DNA of 64,000 nucleotides from an uncultured Bacteroidales bacterium (GTDB taxonomy: Bacteria; Bacteroidota; Bacteroidia; Bacteroidales; UBA1402), in contig CAYPLF010000006.1 in NCBI GenBank assembly GCA_964411555.1, positions 2,227 through 66,226 of the forward strand, written 5' to 3'. Shown one piece after another: positions 1 to 9,356 of the stretch (the first letter of the stretch is position 1; every line of letters starts with the position of its first letter). The notes under the pieces are model-generated. The model worked only from the letters and a program-made list of their open reading frames with translations. It did not search any database and was not told the origin of the DNA. The position numbers were made by a program, and so were the translations under genes.

Positions 1-90
1 TTGCTGTCCGGAGAAAATCTAAAAAACACCCATTAATGAATTAAATATCTGTCATTTACAAGGCTAAAAATATTTTTCGATTAGAAATCA

Positions 91-193
91 TAGTTTTGTG
101 AAACGGCATCTAAGCCGCTCTTCGCAAGCCATGAATACAGGAAAAACAATCTTTGCGCAAATCATGTCTCTTGTCAATGAATATGAGTTTAGG
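91..193 (+). mobile_element. Remnant of an IS4-family (DUF4372-type N-terminus) transposase gene: promoter box plus roughly the first 20 codons
   Basis: ATG at 131 translates MNTGKTIFAQIMSLVNEYEF. From memory this matches the conserved N-terminus of Bacteroidota IS4/DUF4372 transposases. The frame then degenerates into AT-rich sequence and stops after 34 codons. A TAGTTTTG -7 box lies at 91-98. Confidence 0.45.
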
Positions 194-541
194 AATAATT
201 ATACGTTCGTGTTTTTTATTATTTATTTGTTATAAACCAAACAAAAGTTGAAGTAAACACCTTCTCACCATTATCATTACAAACATCAATTTTTGCGTAC
301 CTAATGTAACACTTTTTACATACACACAGGAACACGTTATGAATTTTTTTAGATTGGTTTTACACTTCTAATTTATCATGAGAGTTATTAGGTGTGTAGC
401 AAAGCTTTGGCGCAAGATGTACAGTAACACGCTACTCGATGCCGTGAACGGCATAGACAGAAGGGAGCGAGTTCTGCGCCTCGAAAAAGGAAAAAGGATA
501 ATGGAAAAAGTTGGGACAATAAAAATGGTGTTGTTAAGCCA

Positions 542-997
542 TCAACGCTTAAAATGCCTGTCCATCTCGCGCTTGTCGTCACGCTCCTTGATGGATTCAC
601 GCTTATCATAGGCCTTCTTGCCCTTGGCAACGGCAATATCCAGCTTAGCCAGCCCCTTTTCATTGAGAAAAAGCTTGACAGGCACTATGGTGAAACCCGT
701 TTCCTTAGTGAGGCGGGTAAGTTTGGAAAGTTCTCGCTTGGTGAGGAGCAACTTGCGGTCACGCTTGGGAACATGATTGTTATAGGAACCGAAGAAATAT
801 TCCGAAATCTGGATGTTCTTGGCCCAGATCTCCCCGTTTTGCATGATGCAATAGCTGTCTGCCAGGCTGGCCTTACCCAGACGAATCGACTTGATTTCCG
901 TTCCGGTGAGCACAATGCCGGCCGTGAAGAAGTCGAGCAGTTCATAATCGAAAGTAGCTCGCTTGTTCTTGATAATGATGGTGGCAGACGTTTTCAT
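542..997 (-). CDS. smpB: SsrA-binding protein SmpB
   Basis: 151 aa with typical SmpB motifs ([43 protein letters not shown]). ATG confirmed at 995-997. Confidence 0.95.
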   Translation of the reverse strand: MKTSATIIIKNKRATFDYELLDFFTAGIVLTGTEIKSIRLGKASLADSYCIMQNGEIWAKNIQISEYFFGSYNNHVPKRDRKLLLTKRELSKLTRLTKETGFTIVPVKLFLNEKGLAKLDIAVAKGKKAYDKRESIKERDDKREMDRHFKR

Positions 998-1001
998 GAC
1001 G

Positions 1002-1574
1002 TTATTTCAATCCAGGCAACAGCAATTTAAGCACAATTTCAATAAGTTGCGGGGAAATCAAGATGACAACACCCGCCAACAAGGTAAAACGACCTTGCGA
1101 CTTAGGCGGAATCTCGTAGTAATTGATGGCCGCTTCCCATACGATGGCAAACACATATAAAAAAAGCAGTTTGAGGAAAAACAGTTCAGCGATAAGCTGT
1201 GTCAGTACACTGACAGCCAACACCGGAGCCTGAGAATAGACCGTAAGCTGTTCCGCCTTATCCAAACGCGATGGAAGCCCAAACCAGCGCACAAATGCCC
1301 AATCAAGGACCCTGGATGTAAGAAAGAAACCACCAAACAAAGCAACAAACGATACCACAAACAATTGCATTCCCTGAACCATCTGTTGCCTAACCATCAG
1401 GTCACCGTCAAAAAAACAACTAATGAAGGCAGCAAAAGAAGCCAGACCCACCAGCGGATAGAAAAAATCCGTCAAATAGGATTTCTTGGTGTCGGTGGTT
1501 TCCGAAACCTCTTTCCAGGCGTTTGCCGGATAACGGACCACCTGCCACAGACGAATAAACAAGTTCTTGTACAT
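1002..1574 (-). CDS. Yip1-family integral membrane protein
   Basis: 190 aa with about 5 hydrophobic helices and a Yip1-like N-terminus. It sits 4 nt upstream of smpB on the same strand. Confidence 0.65.
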   Translation of the reverse strand: MYKNLFIRLWQVVRYPANAWKEVSETTDTKKSYLTDFFYPLVGLASFAAFISCFFDGDLMVRQQMVQGMQLFVVSFVALFGGFFLTSRVLDWAFVRWFGLPSRLDKAEQLTVYSQAPVLAVSVLTQLIAELFFLKLLFLYVFAIVWEAAINYYEIPPKSQGRFTLLAGVVILISPQLIEIVLKLLLPGLK

Positions 1575-1642
1575 AACCAGTTGAGATAGCCCACAAAGGT
1601 AGAAATTCCACGATGATTCCCAAAGCGGCAGACAGACAAGAA

Positions 1643-2251
1643 TTACACGTCATCAAACCGCAACGTTTCCACTTTTTCCAACGCGTCGTGCAACGCATTG
1701 AGCGAGCCTTTGCGCACGGAAACCGTCATGAGGCAATCGGATTCCCAAGACTGCGAAAGCACCCTTCCCTCCCATTGCCGCACCACACGCAGCACCGCAT
1801 CCAAAAAGGGATATTCAAAGCGGAAGTCCAACGTCACATCAACCGTACGTTCCACCACCGAAGCCTGCGACAAGGCATCAGTAGCGGCCGCCTTGTACGC
1901 TTGCACCAAACCGCCGGTTCCGAGCAAAACGCCGCCAAAATAGCGCACCACCACGACCAACACATTGGTCAATCCGGCAGACTGGATTTGCCCCAGGATA
2001 GGCCGTCCTGCCGTTCCCGAAGGTTCACCATCATCATTGGCCCGTGTTTCAGGCGATTCTGCGCCCAAACTGTAGGCATAACACACGTGCCTGGCATCGT
2101 AGTACGTTTTCCGGTAGCCTTCCAGCAATTCCTTGACCACCTCCAGCGATTCCACCGGATGGGCGAAGGCCAGGAACTTACTGCCCTTCTCCTTGAACAA
2201 TCCTTCAGCGGAAGTTTCGATGGTTTTGTATACGTCGCTTTGCATGGTCAT
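1643..2251 (-). CDS. yigZ: IMPACT/YigZ family protein
   Basis: The ORF was trimmed to MTMQSDVYKTIE.. (ATG at 2249-2251). Motifs EKGSKFLAFAHPV and DDGEPSGTAGRPIL are typical of YigZ/UPF0029. Trimming removes the overlap with the upstream gene. Confidence 0.85.
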   Translation of the reverse strand: MTMQSDVYKTIETSAEGLFKEKGSKFLAFAHPVESLEVVKELLEGYRKTYYDARHVCYAYSLGAESPETRANDDGEPSGTAGRPILGQIQSAGLTNVLVVVVRYFGGVLLGTGGLVQAYKAAATDALSQASVVERTVDVTLDFRFEYPFLDAVLRVVRQWEGRVLSQSWESDCLMTVSVRKGSLNALHDALEKVETLRFDDV

Positions 2252-2324
2252 AGCGTTGAATTTGTTCAAACAACAAACCCCGGAAAAAGTCCGGGGTCGT
2301 TGTAAATAAAGTCTGTACGACGGC

Positions 2325-3569
2325 TCAGGACAGTTTATGTACAACCAGACCCGAACGCAGTTTGGGTTCGAACCAGGTGGTCTTAGGCGGCATGATATTG
2401 CCACTGTCGGCTATGTCGATGAGCTGCTTCATGGAAACAGGGTACAAGGCCAAAGCGACCTTCATTTCACCGCTGTCCACACGCTTGGACAATTCGCCCA
2501 AGCCACGGATACCGCCTACGAAGTCGATGCGTTTGTCGGAACGCAGGTCCTTGATGCCCAGAATTTCGTCAAGAATCAAGTTGGACGAAATGGTCACGTC
2601 GAGTACGCCGATGGGATCGTTGTCGTTGTAGGTTCCCGGACGAGCGGTCAGGGAGTACCAGCAACCCGACAGGTAGATGGCAAAGTTGTGCAAGCAGCAG
2701 GGTTTGTAAATTTCAACACCCTTCTTTTCTACGATGAAGTCTTTATCGAGGGCTTTCAAGAAGGCTTCCTCGCTCAATCCGTTTAGGTCTTTGACCACGC
2801 GGTTGTAATCGATGATGGTCAACTGGTTGTCGGGGAAGCAAACCGCCATAAAGTAGTTGTATTCCTCGTCGCCTTTGTGGTTGGGATTGTTTTTGGCTTT
2901 TTCCGCTCCCACCAACGCAGCTGCGGCAGAACGGTGGTGACCGTCAGCAATGTAGAGCGCGGGCATGGCAGCGAACAGTTCGGTAATGCGGCTGATGTCG
3001 CTGTCGTTGTCGATGATCCAGAAATGATGGCCAAAACCGTCGGGAGCCACAAAATCATAAACGGCTGGTTGGGCGGTGTAGCGGGCAACGATGGTATCGA
3101 GTTCAGCTTGCGCCGGGTAAGCAAAGAACACGGGTTCGATGTTGGCATTGTTCACGCGGACGTGCTTCATGCGGTCTTCCTCCTTGTCGCGGCGGGTCAG
3201 CTCGTGTTTCTTGATTTTCCCAGTCATGTAATCGTCTACGTTGGCGCAGACCACAAGGCCGTACTGGGTCTTGCCGTTCATAGTCTGGGCATAAACATAG
3301 TATGAGTCTTTGGAATCCTGCACCAGCCAGCCCTTCTGTTGGAACTTCGTGAAGTTCTCTACCGCCTTCTCATACACCACAGCGTCATGTTCGTCTTGAC
3401 CGACGGGAAAATCAATTTCAGGTTTGATGATGTGGTACAGTGACTTTTCGTTGTCGCCGGCCTCAGCCCTGGCTTCTTCCGAATTCAATACGTCGTAGGG
3501 ACGTGAAGCCACCTGTTCCACGAGAGAAACGGGTGGACGCAGGCCCTTGAAAGGTTTGATAACTGTCAT
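2325..3569 (-). CDS. DUF1015 domain-containing protein
   Basis: 414 aa. The N-terminus MTVIKPFKGLRP and the motif ADGHHR are typical of the DUF1015 family. It lies immediately downstream of serA. Confidence 0.85.
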   Translation of the reverse strand: MTVIKPFKGLRPPVSLVEQVASRPYDVLNSEEARAEAGDNEKSLYHIIKPEIDFPVGQDEHDAVVYEKAVENFTKFQQKGWLVQDSKDSYYVYAQTMNGKTQYGLVVCANVDDYMTGKIKKHELTRRDKEEDRMKHVRVNNANIEPVFFAYPAQAELDTIVARYTAQPAVYDFVAPDGFGHHFWIIDNDSDISRITELFAAMPALYIADGHHRSAAAALVGAEKAKNNPNHKGDEEYNYFMAVCFPDNQLTIIDYNRVVKDLNGLSEEAFLKALDKDFIVEKKGVEIYKPCCLHNFAIYLSGCWYSLTARPGTYNDNDPIGVLDVTISSNLILDEILGIKDLRSDKRIDFVGGIRGLGELSKRVDSGEMKVALALYPVSMKQLIDIADSGNIMPPKTTWFEPKLRSGLVVHKLS

Positions 3570-3577
3570 ATTATTAA

Positions 3578-4495
3578 TTAATTGACGCGGAAACGATCGA
3601 TGCCGTTAATCAGAAAGCCAACAATCTGCTGAGCGGCTGCTATGCCTGCATTGATATTAGCTTCTGCCGTTTGCGCACCCATTTTCTTGGGGGTTGAAAA
3701 ATAACGTTCGGGAAATTTGGCCAGGAAAGTAGCGTGGGCTGCCGGCATGATGTCAGTCATGTAACGCAGGTCGGGGCGTTCTTCCATTAAGCTGATCAAG
3801 CTGACTTCGTCGATAACTTCCTTGCGGGCGGTGTTGACCAATACGCCACCTTTGGGCATCAGACCAACCAAGGCAGCGTTGATGCTGTTCTTGGTTTCAG
3901 CGGTTGCGGGTATGTGCAAAGAAACCACGTCGCAGGTTTTATAGAGTTCTTCAGCAGAAGCAACGGCCTTGATGTCGTCTTTGGCCATGGATTCAGCGGT
4001 ACAATAAGCATCGTACCCATACAATTCCATGCCGAAACCTTTGGCGATACGGCCCACATTGCGGCCTACGTTGCCACAGGCATGGATGCCCAGCTTCTTA
4101 CCCATCAGTTCGGTACCGGAGGTGCCGTTGAATTGATTCCGGATGGCAAACACCATCAAACCGAGTGCCAATTCGGCAACGGCATTGGCGTTTTGTCCGG
4201 GGGTATTCATTACGCAAACGCCTTTCTTTTTGGCAGCTTCCAGGTCAACGTTGTCGTAACCGGCACCGGCGCGGACAACAATCTTGAGGGAGTCGGCAGC
4301 ATCCAGCACTTCGGCATCGATGATGTCGCTACGGATGATAATGGCTTCCACGTTTTTGACAGCGTTGAGCAACTGCTGTTTTTCAGTGTATTTTTCCAAC
4401 AAGGCCAGTTCGAGTCCGGCTTCTTCAACTACTTTCCGGATACCATCTACCGCAACTTTGGCAAAGGGTTTATCGGTTGCAATCAATACTTTCAT
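3578..4495 (-). CDS. serA: D-3-phosphoglycerate dehydrogenase, short 2-hydroxyacid dehydrogenase type
   Basis: 305 aa with an NAD-binding Rossmann motif (GIHACGNVGRNVG) and the D-isomer 2-hydroxyacid dehydrogenase layout. Located between serC and DUF1015. Confidence 0.85.
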   Translation of the reverse strand: MKVLIATDKPFAKVAVDGIRKVVEEAGLELALLEKYTEKQQLLNAVKNVEAIIIRSDIIDAEVLDAADSLKIVVRAGAGYDNVDLEAAKKKGVCVMNTPGQNANAVAELALGLMVFAIRNQFNGTSGTELMGKKLGIHACGNVGRNVGRIAKGFGMELYGYDAYCTAESMAKDDIKAVASAEELYKTCDVVSLHIPATAETKNSINAALVGLMPKGGVLVNTARKEVIDEVSLISLMEERPDLRYMTDIMPAAHATFLAKFPERYFSTPKKMGAQTAEANINAGIAAAQQIVGFLINGIDRFRVN

Positions 4496-4597
4496 AAGGA
4501 GTTTACTTAATTCAAAAACGCGACATGCCGATTATCACCGAAGCTTCGGCAGAAATCGACACGCGCGGTATTGAGTATGTTTATACTATAGTTTCAA

Positions 4598-5668
4598 TCA
4601 ATGGGCTGCCGCAAACTCACGCATGCAATCTACCAGCGCTTGTACGCTTTCAAGTGGCAGTGCGTTGTAGCAGGAAGCGCGGAAACCGCCAACTGAACGG
4701 TGTCCTTTTAAACCTACGATGCCTTTTGCAGCCGCCATTTTGCTGAATTCTTCTTCCAGCGCTTCTTTGCCATCGGCCATGACAAAACAAATGTTCATGA
4801 GTGAACGGTCTTCTTTGCAAGTTACCGTACCCTTGAAGAAAGGATTGCTGTCAATTTCGTTGTAGAGCAACTCGGCTTTTGCCTGGTTCAATTTCTGAAT
4901 CGCAGCAACGCCACCTTGTTCCTTGTAGAATTTCAAGGTTTGCAGGGCTGAGAATATAGGTAATACAGGAGGAGTGTTGAACATGGACTCCTTGTCTACG
5001 TGGGTTTTGTAGTTCATCATGGTCGGGATGGCACGGGATACCTTGCCAATAGCGCTTTTACGGATGATAACCACAGTCACACCGGCAGGAGCCAGGTTCT
5101 TTTGCGCTCCGGCAAAAATCAGGTCGTAATCGGTGAAATCAATGGGGCGTGAGAAAATATCCGACGACATATCAGCAATCACGGGCACACCCACGTGCAA
5201 GTCTTCGTGCAACTCAGTTCCGTAGATGGTATTGTTGGTGCAATAGTAGAAGTAGTCGGAATCGGCCGGGACTTCGTATTTCTTAGGAATATAGGTGTAA
5301 TTGTCGGCTTTTGAGGATCCTACCACGTTCACTTCACCAAAAAACTTGGCTTCCTTGATGGCGTTGTTGGCCCATGTTCCAGTATCCAGGAAAGAGGCTT
5401 TCTTTTCGAGAAAATTAAAAGGAGCCATGCAAAACTGCAAACTGGCACCACCACCCAAGAATACGACGTCAAAATCTTCGGGAATGGCCAAGAGTTCTTT
5501 AATCAACGCACGCGCCTCATCACATACAGCTACGAATTCTTTGCCGCGGTGGGAGACTTCCAGAAGGGAAAGACCCGTGCCTGCAAAGTTCAAGACTGCC
5601 TCAGCGGTTTTCTGAATGGTGTATTCGCTCAGGATGGAAGGGCCTGCGTAAAAATTGTGCTTTTTCAT
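4598..5668 (-). CDS. serC: Phosphoserine aminotransferase
   Basis: Trimmed to [14 protein letters not shown].. (ATG at 5666-5668). Class-V aminotransferase SerC signature. A -7 box lies 40 nt upstream. Confidence 0.93.
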   Translation of the reverse strand: MKKHNFYAGPSILSEYTIQKTAEAVLNFAGTGLSLLEVSHRGKEFVAVCDEARALIKELLAIPEDFDVVFLGGGASLQFCMAPFNFLEKKASFLDTGTWANNAIKEAKFFGEVNVVGSSKADNYTYIPKKYEVPADSDYFYYCTNNTIYGTELHEDLHVGVPVIADMSSDIFSRPIDFTDYDLIFAGAQKNLAPAGVTVVIIRKSAIGKVSRAIPTMMNYKTHVDKESMFNTPPVLPIFSALQTLKFYKEQGGVAAIQKLNQAKAELLYNEIDSNPFFKGTVTCKEDRSLMNICFVMADGKEALEEEFSKMAAAKGIVGLKGHRSVGGFRASCYNALPLESVQALVDCMREFAAAH

Positions 5669-5707
5669 ACAATGAAATTGATAGTTGTTTGGTGTAGAAA
5701 ACGGCCT

Positions 5708-5715
5708 CAAAATTA
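5708..5715 (-). promoter_or_regulatory. Bacteroidota -7 promoter box (TAATTTTG) for serC
   Basis: The plus strand reads CAAAATTA, which matches TAnnTTTG on the minus strand. It lies 40 nt upstream of the serC ATG. Confidence 0.5.
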
Positions 5716-5760
5716 CAAAAAAGATTTGTAGGTTGGGTAAAGATGCGGTGGTTTTTGTTG

Positions 5761-5768
5761 TAAATTTG
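5761..5768 (+). promoter_or_regulatory. Bacteroidota -7 promoter box (TAAATTTG) for rarA
   Basis: Matches TAnnTTTG and lies 55 nt upstream of the ATG at 5823. Confidence 0.5.
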
Positions 5769-5822
5769 CGTAGAAAAAATGCGCATCCACGTATAATAAA
5801 CCTGTATACGATTTCATCCTGT

Positions 5823-7094
5823 ATGGCAGCACCCTTGGCAGAACGACTCAGGCCCAAGAAATTGGACGACTACATCGGCCAGACCCATTTGGTGGGCCCC
5901 GGTGCCGTGTTGCGCAAGATGATTGAAGCAGGCAACCTGTCATCGTTCATCTTGTGGGGGCCTCCGGGTGTTGGAAAAACCACCCTGGCCCGTATTGTGG
6001 CCAATCAGTTGGACAGGCCATTTTTTACGCTGAGTGCCGTTACTTCAGGTGTGAAAGATGTGCGCGAAGTCATTGAGCGGGCCAAGTCCAACCCCTTATT
6101 TACCACCAAAACCCCGGTGCTCTTCATCGATGAAATTCATCGGTTCAGCAAATCGCAGCAGGATTCCCTACTGGGGGCTGTGGAAAAAGGAGTGGTAGTG
6201 TTGATAGGAGCCACCACGGAAAATCCCTCGTTTGAAGTCATCAGCCCCCTATTATCCCGTTGCCAGGTATATGTGTTGCAACCGCTGGGTGTAACCGACA
6301 TGGAAACCTTGCTCGAACGGGCACTCACCACGGATGTGGAGTTGAGCAAGCGACAGGTGGACGTCAAGGAAACCAAGGCCTTGTACCGCTTTGCAGGGGG
6401 AGATGCGCGTAAATTACTCAATATCCTGGAACTGGTGGTCAATTCATTCGCCCCTGACGACACGGTGGTTATCACCGATGAGCTGGTGGTGGAATGCCTT
6501 CAGGAGAACCCTATGGCTTATGACAAGGATGGCGAACTGCACTACGACATCATCTCGGCCTTTATCAAGTCGGTAAGGGGAAGCGATCCGGACGGGGCGG
6601 TATACTGGTTGGCACGCATGGTGGCCGGCGGGGAGGACCCCAAATTCATAGCCAGGCGCCTGCTCATACTTGCTTCTGAAGACATCGGTCTGGCCAACCC
6701 AAACGCCTTGTTGTTGGCCAACGCCTGTTTTGACACGGTTCATAAACTGGGATGGCCGGAAAGCCGCATTGCCCTGTCTGAATGCACCATCTACCTGGCT
6801 TCCAGCCCAAAAAGCAATTCGGCTTATATGGCCATCAACGAAGCCCTGGGTGTGGTTGAGCAAACGGGGAACCTGCCGGTTCCTTTGCACCTCAGGAACG
6901 CTCCCACCAAACTGATGAAACAACTTCATTACGGTGAAGAGTACAAATACGCCCACGATTTCACCAATCACTTCGTGGAACAGGAGTTTCTACCATCCGA
7001 AATCAAGGACGCTTCCATCTGGAAACCTCAGGAAAATGCTTCCGAGGCTAAAATGAGGGAATTCCTCAACAAACGCTGGAAAAACCGTTTCTAG
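5823..7094 (+). CDS. rarA: Replication-associated recombination protein A (AAA+ ATPase)
   Basis: Trimmed to [20 protein letters not shown].. Has Walker [10 protein letters not shown] and the MgsA C-terminal domain ([20 protein letters not shown]). Confidence 0.93.
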   Translation: MAAPLAERLRPKKLDDYIGQTHLVGPGAVLRKMIEAGNLSSFILWGPPGVGKTTLARIVANQLDRPFFTLSAVTSGVKDVREVIERAKSNPLFTTKTPVLFIDEIHRFSKSQQDSLLGAVEKGVVVLIGATTENPSFEVISPLLSRCQVYVLQPLGVTDMETLLERALTTDVELSKRQVDVKETKALYRFAGGDARKLLNILELVVNSFAPDDTVVITDELVVECLQENPMAYDKDGELHYDIISAFIKSVRGSDPDGAVYWLARMVAGGEDPKFIARRLLILASEDIGLANPNALLLANACFDTVHKLGWPESRIALSECTIYLASSPKSNSAYMAINEALGVVEQTGNLPVPLHLRNAPTKLMKQLHYGEEYKYAHDFTNHFVEQEFLPSEIKDASIWKPQENASEAKMREFLNKRWKNRF

Positions 7095-7138
7095 CAAAGC
7101 AAATTGATGTCCTCGAAAAGTATGTCAATGGAAAAAAA

Positions 7139-8572
7139 TTAGTCTGGCTTATTTTTACCAAGTTCTTTTTTTGTCGTCTTTTTGGGAGAAGGTATTTCCG
7201 TACTATCTGGCGTTTCAGGTGTAATGAAGTGTTTCTTGCTTTCTTTGGATATAATCAAAACCAATCCATTACTATACAAACTTTCACTTTTAAGCGGAGC
7301 AATTGAACAGGTCACCTGAATATGAGTGCCATTTTTATCAATCAAAAATGCAGGTATAAACTGGTTATAGGCACGTTCACCCGAAAACCAGTTTTTCACA
7401 TTCAGTAGCGGCAAACCTGACGCCTCCTGCAACAAGGGTATCTCTTTATCAAGTAGTTTTCCTTTAACATCCTTAAGACTGCATCCGCTCACTAATTCAG
7501 CAGCCAGGTTCATGTATTGAATCAAGCCTTGATTATCGGTTATCAGCACCGCTTCACCCAACAAATCCATGGTATAAACGAATTGATCATTGATCCGATT
7601 ACATTCCAATTCTTTATCTCTGTACTGTTGAGTCGCTTTTGTTTCTTGAAAATATGAAATAAACAACAAACCCAAGAAAAAGATCAATACAGAAGCTACA
7701 CCGAAAACACTCAATAGTGTTATATATGTACCGGTTTCAGCTTTTCGTTGGGAATTGTCCAATTCCACCATCAAATACCAAAATGAATTGGGCATACCAC
7801 TAATCCTAACCCATTTATGACGCTGTTCAAACGGATTGTTTTTAAAACGTGCAGGAAGTGGTTTCCAACAAGACTGACCGGATGTGAACGAGCTATCGGG
7901 TTTATAAACAATCCATGTTGAATTCTCTTGTTGTTGAATCAACGAAACAATACATCTATAATTGGCCAACATCCAGTCATTCAACATATTATCCATTGTC
8001 TTTTTTGAGCTGAACTTAAAAACCAATCCGCCTATTGGTTTCCCATGATTATCCCTGACAATAGAGACCAAATCAACGTAGATGTTTTGGTCAACGGACG
8101 ACCGATAAACATCTGAAATGTAACAGCTGTCTGTCTTCAACGCCTTGGCCACTATTTTTTTATCAATCGAATCATTGAATGTCAAAGCTTGATTGGTTGA
8201 GGTCAGGTAGTCACCGGTTTCATTTAATAAAACCAATTCAGCATAACCGTGTTCAGCTTTGATTTGATTGAAAACGGTAAGCAAGGCAGAGTCATCCTTT
8301 TTATCTTCCACATACTGTATGATCGTTTCTACCAGGTTGCCGTCACTTATGATTAAACCCGCATCATGAATTTCATCCGAAAGCCAATCAGATAACTGTT
8401 GTTGTTTGGATGTGGCAACTGCCTCCAAAACAACGTTGCTTTCAAGACTGATGCTTTTATTTTCTTCTCGTTGAAAAACCACAATCAACAAAACAAAAAA
8501 AGCAGCAACCATTACTGTCAAAATGGCTATCGTAAAAAATTTCCTGTGTTGATTTGTTATCATGCAACTCAT
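7139..8572 (-). CDS. Transmembrane sensor protein with a periplasmic Cache-like domain and a cytoplasmic PAS domain but no output domain
   Basis: Two TM helices (FFTIAILTVMVAAFFVLLIVVF and YITLLSVFGVASVLIFFLGLLF) flank about 250 aa carrying a Cache-like motif (CYISDVYRSS..NHGKPIGGLVFKF). A PAS-like segment follows (GEAVLITDNQGLIQYMNLAAELVSG). The protein ends in a Lys/Pro-rich tail. The start is uncertain: ATG at 8572, 8563 or 8629. Confidence 0.75.
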   Translation of the reverse strand: MSCMITNQHRKFFTIAILTVMVAAFFVLLIVVFQREENKSISLESNVVLEAVATSKQQQLSDWLSDEIHDAGLIISDGNLVETIIQYVEDKKDDSALLTVFNQIKAEHGYAELVLLNETGDYLTSTNQALTFNDSIDKKIVAKALKTDSCYISDVYRSSVDQNIYVDLVSIVRDNHGKPIGGLVFKFSSKKTMDNMLNDWMLANYRCIVSLIQQQENSTWIVYKPDSSFTSGQSCWKPLPARFKNNPFEQRHKWVRISGMPNSFWYLMVELDNSQRKAETGTYITLLSVFGVASVLIFFLGLLFISYFQETKATQQYRDKELECNRINDQFVYTMDLLGEAVLITDNQGLIQYMNLAAELVSGCSLKDVKGKLLDKEIPLLQEASGLPLLNVKNWFSGERAYNQFIPAFLIDKNGTHIQVTCSIAPLKSESLYSNGLVLIISKESKKHFITPETPDSTEIPSPKKTTKKELGKNKPD

Positions 8573-8653
8573 TGTTATCAGACAACTAAAATACAAAAAA
8601 CCAGCAAAGCCTGCACATCTTTTGAGCAATAATCGTTTCAGTGGTAAAAAGAT

Positions 8654-8661
8654 TATCTTTG
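8654..8661 (+). promoter_or_regulatory. Bacteroidota -7 promoter box (TATCTTTG)
   Basis: Exact TAnnTTTG match, 20 nt upstream of the GTG start at 8681. Confidence 0.5.
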
Positions 8662-8680
8662 TAGACTAAAAAGATGGTAC

Positions 8681-9130
8681 GTGGAGACACTGATTGACTG
8701 GGGGTATTTAGGTTTATTCATAGCCACATTTTTGGCTGGAAGCATTCTTCCCTTCAGTTCTGAGTTTGTGCTGAGCGGCTTGTTGGCCGCAGGAGCCGAC
8801 AGCATGAGCTGTCTGTTGGCCGCCTCTGCCGGAAACGTACTGGGGGGAATGACTTGTTATGGTATTGGCCGACTGGGGAAAATGGATTGGATTGAACGGT
8901 ATTTGCGGGTAAAACCGGAAAAATTGGAACGTGTAACGCGCTTTCTGCACGGCAGAGGAGCTTGGATGTCGCTGTTTACCTTTGTCCCTCTAGTGGGTGA
9001 CCTGCTTGCCGTCGGTTTGGGATACATGCGGGCGAATGTGTGGATTTCGCTCTTAGGAATGACACTGGGAAAAACCGTACGCTATATTATCTGGATGCAA
9101 TTAACTTATGGATTACTTAGTATTATATAA
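8681..9130 (+). CDS. YqaA/DedA-related small membrane protein
   Basis: 149 aa with 4 hydrophobic helices and the motif GSILPFSSE typical of the YqaA family. GTG start; there is no in-frame ATG nearby. Confidence 0.7.
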   Translation: METLIDWGYLGLFIATFLAGSILPFSSEFVLSGLLAAGADSMSCLLAASAGNVLGGMTCYGIGRLGKMDWIERYLRVKPEKLERVTRFLHGRGAWMSLFTFVPLVGDLLAVGLGYMRANVWISLLGMTLGKTVRYIIWMQLTYGLLSII

Positions 9131-9176
9131 ACTATATTTTATTATTATATTATTTATTACGTAAAAAACCATCAAC

Positions 9177-9356
9177 ATGAATGAAACCGAACAAGTACTG
9201 GAAGCCATGAAAAAGGCGGGCATTCCGGTAAATGCGGGTAAACTGGTCGAATTGACAGGGCTTGACCGCAAGGAAATTGACAAGGCCATGAAGCAACTGA
9301 AAGCAAACGGGTCAATCGTATCGCCAAAAATGTGTTATTGGGAACCAGCAAAATGA
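9177..9356 (+). CDS. Small (59 aa) winged-helix/MarR-like DNA-binding protein; absent from the ORF track because it is under 60 aa
   Basis: My own translation gives [59 protein letters not shown]. It has a helix-turn-helix pattern. Its TGA stop (9354-9356) overlaps the ATG at 9353 of the receptor gene as ATGA. Confidence 0.55.
   Translation: MNETEQVLEAMKKAGIPVNAGKLVELTGLDRKEIDKAMKQLKANGSIVSPKMCYWEPAK

Noticed and set aside
378-611. 77-aa ORF and a possible tmRNA (ssrA) next to smpB
   Set aside because: The ORF overlaps smpB and has no coding features. I looked for a tRNA-like acceptor/T-arm and a tag reading frame typical of tmRNA in 200-541 and found neither.
9131-9352. Possible cobalamin or other riboswitch upstream of the TonB-dependent receptor
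   Set aside because: The space is filled by a clean 59-codon ORF, leaving only about 45 nt of AT-rich leader. That is too short for a riboswitch aptamer, and no B12-box-like sequence was seen.
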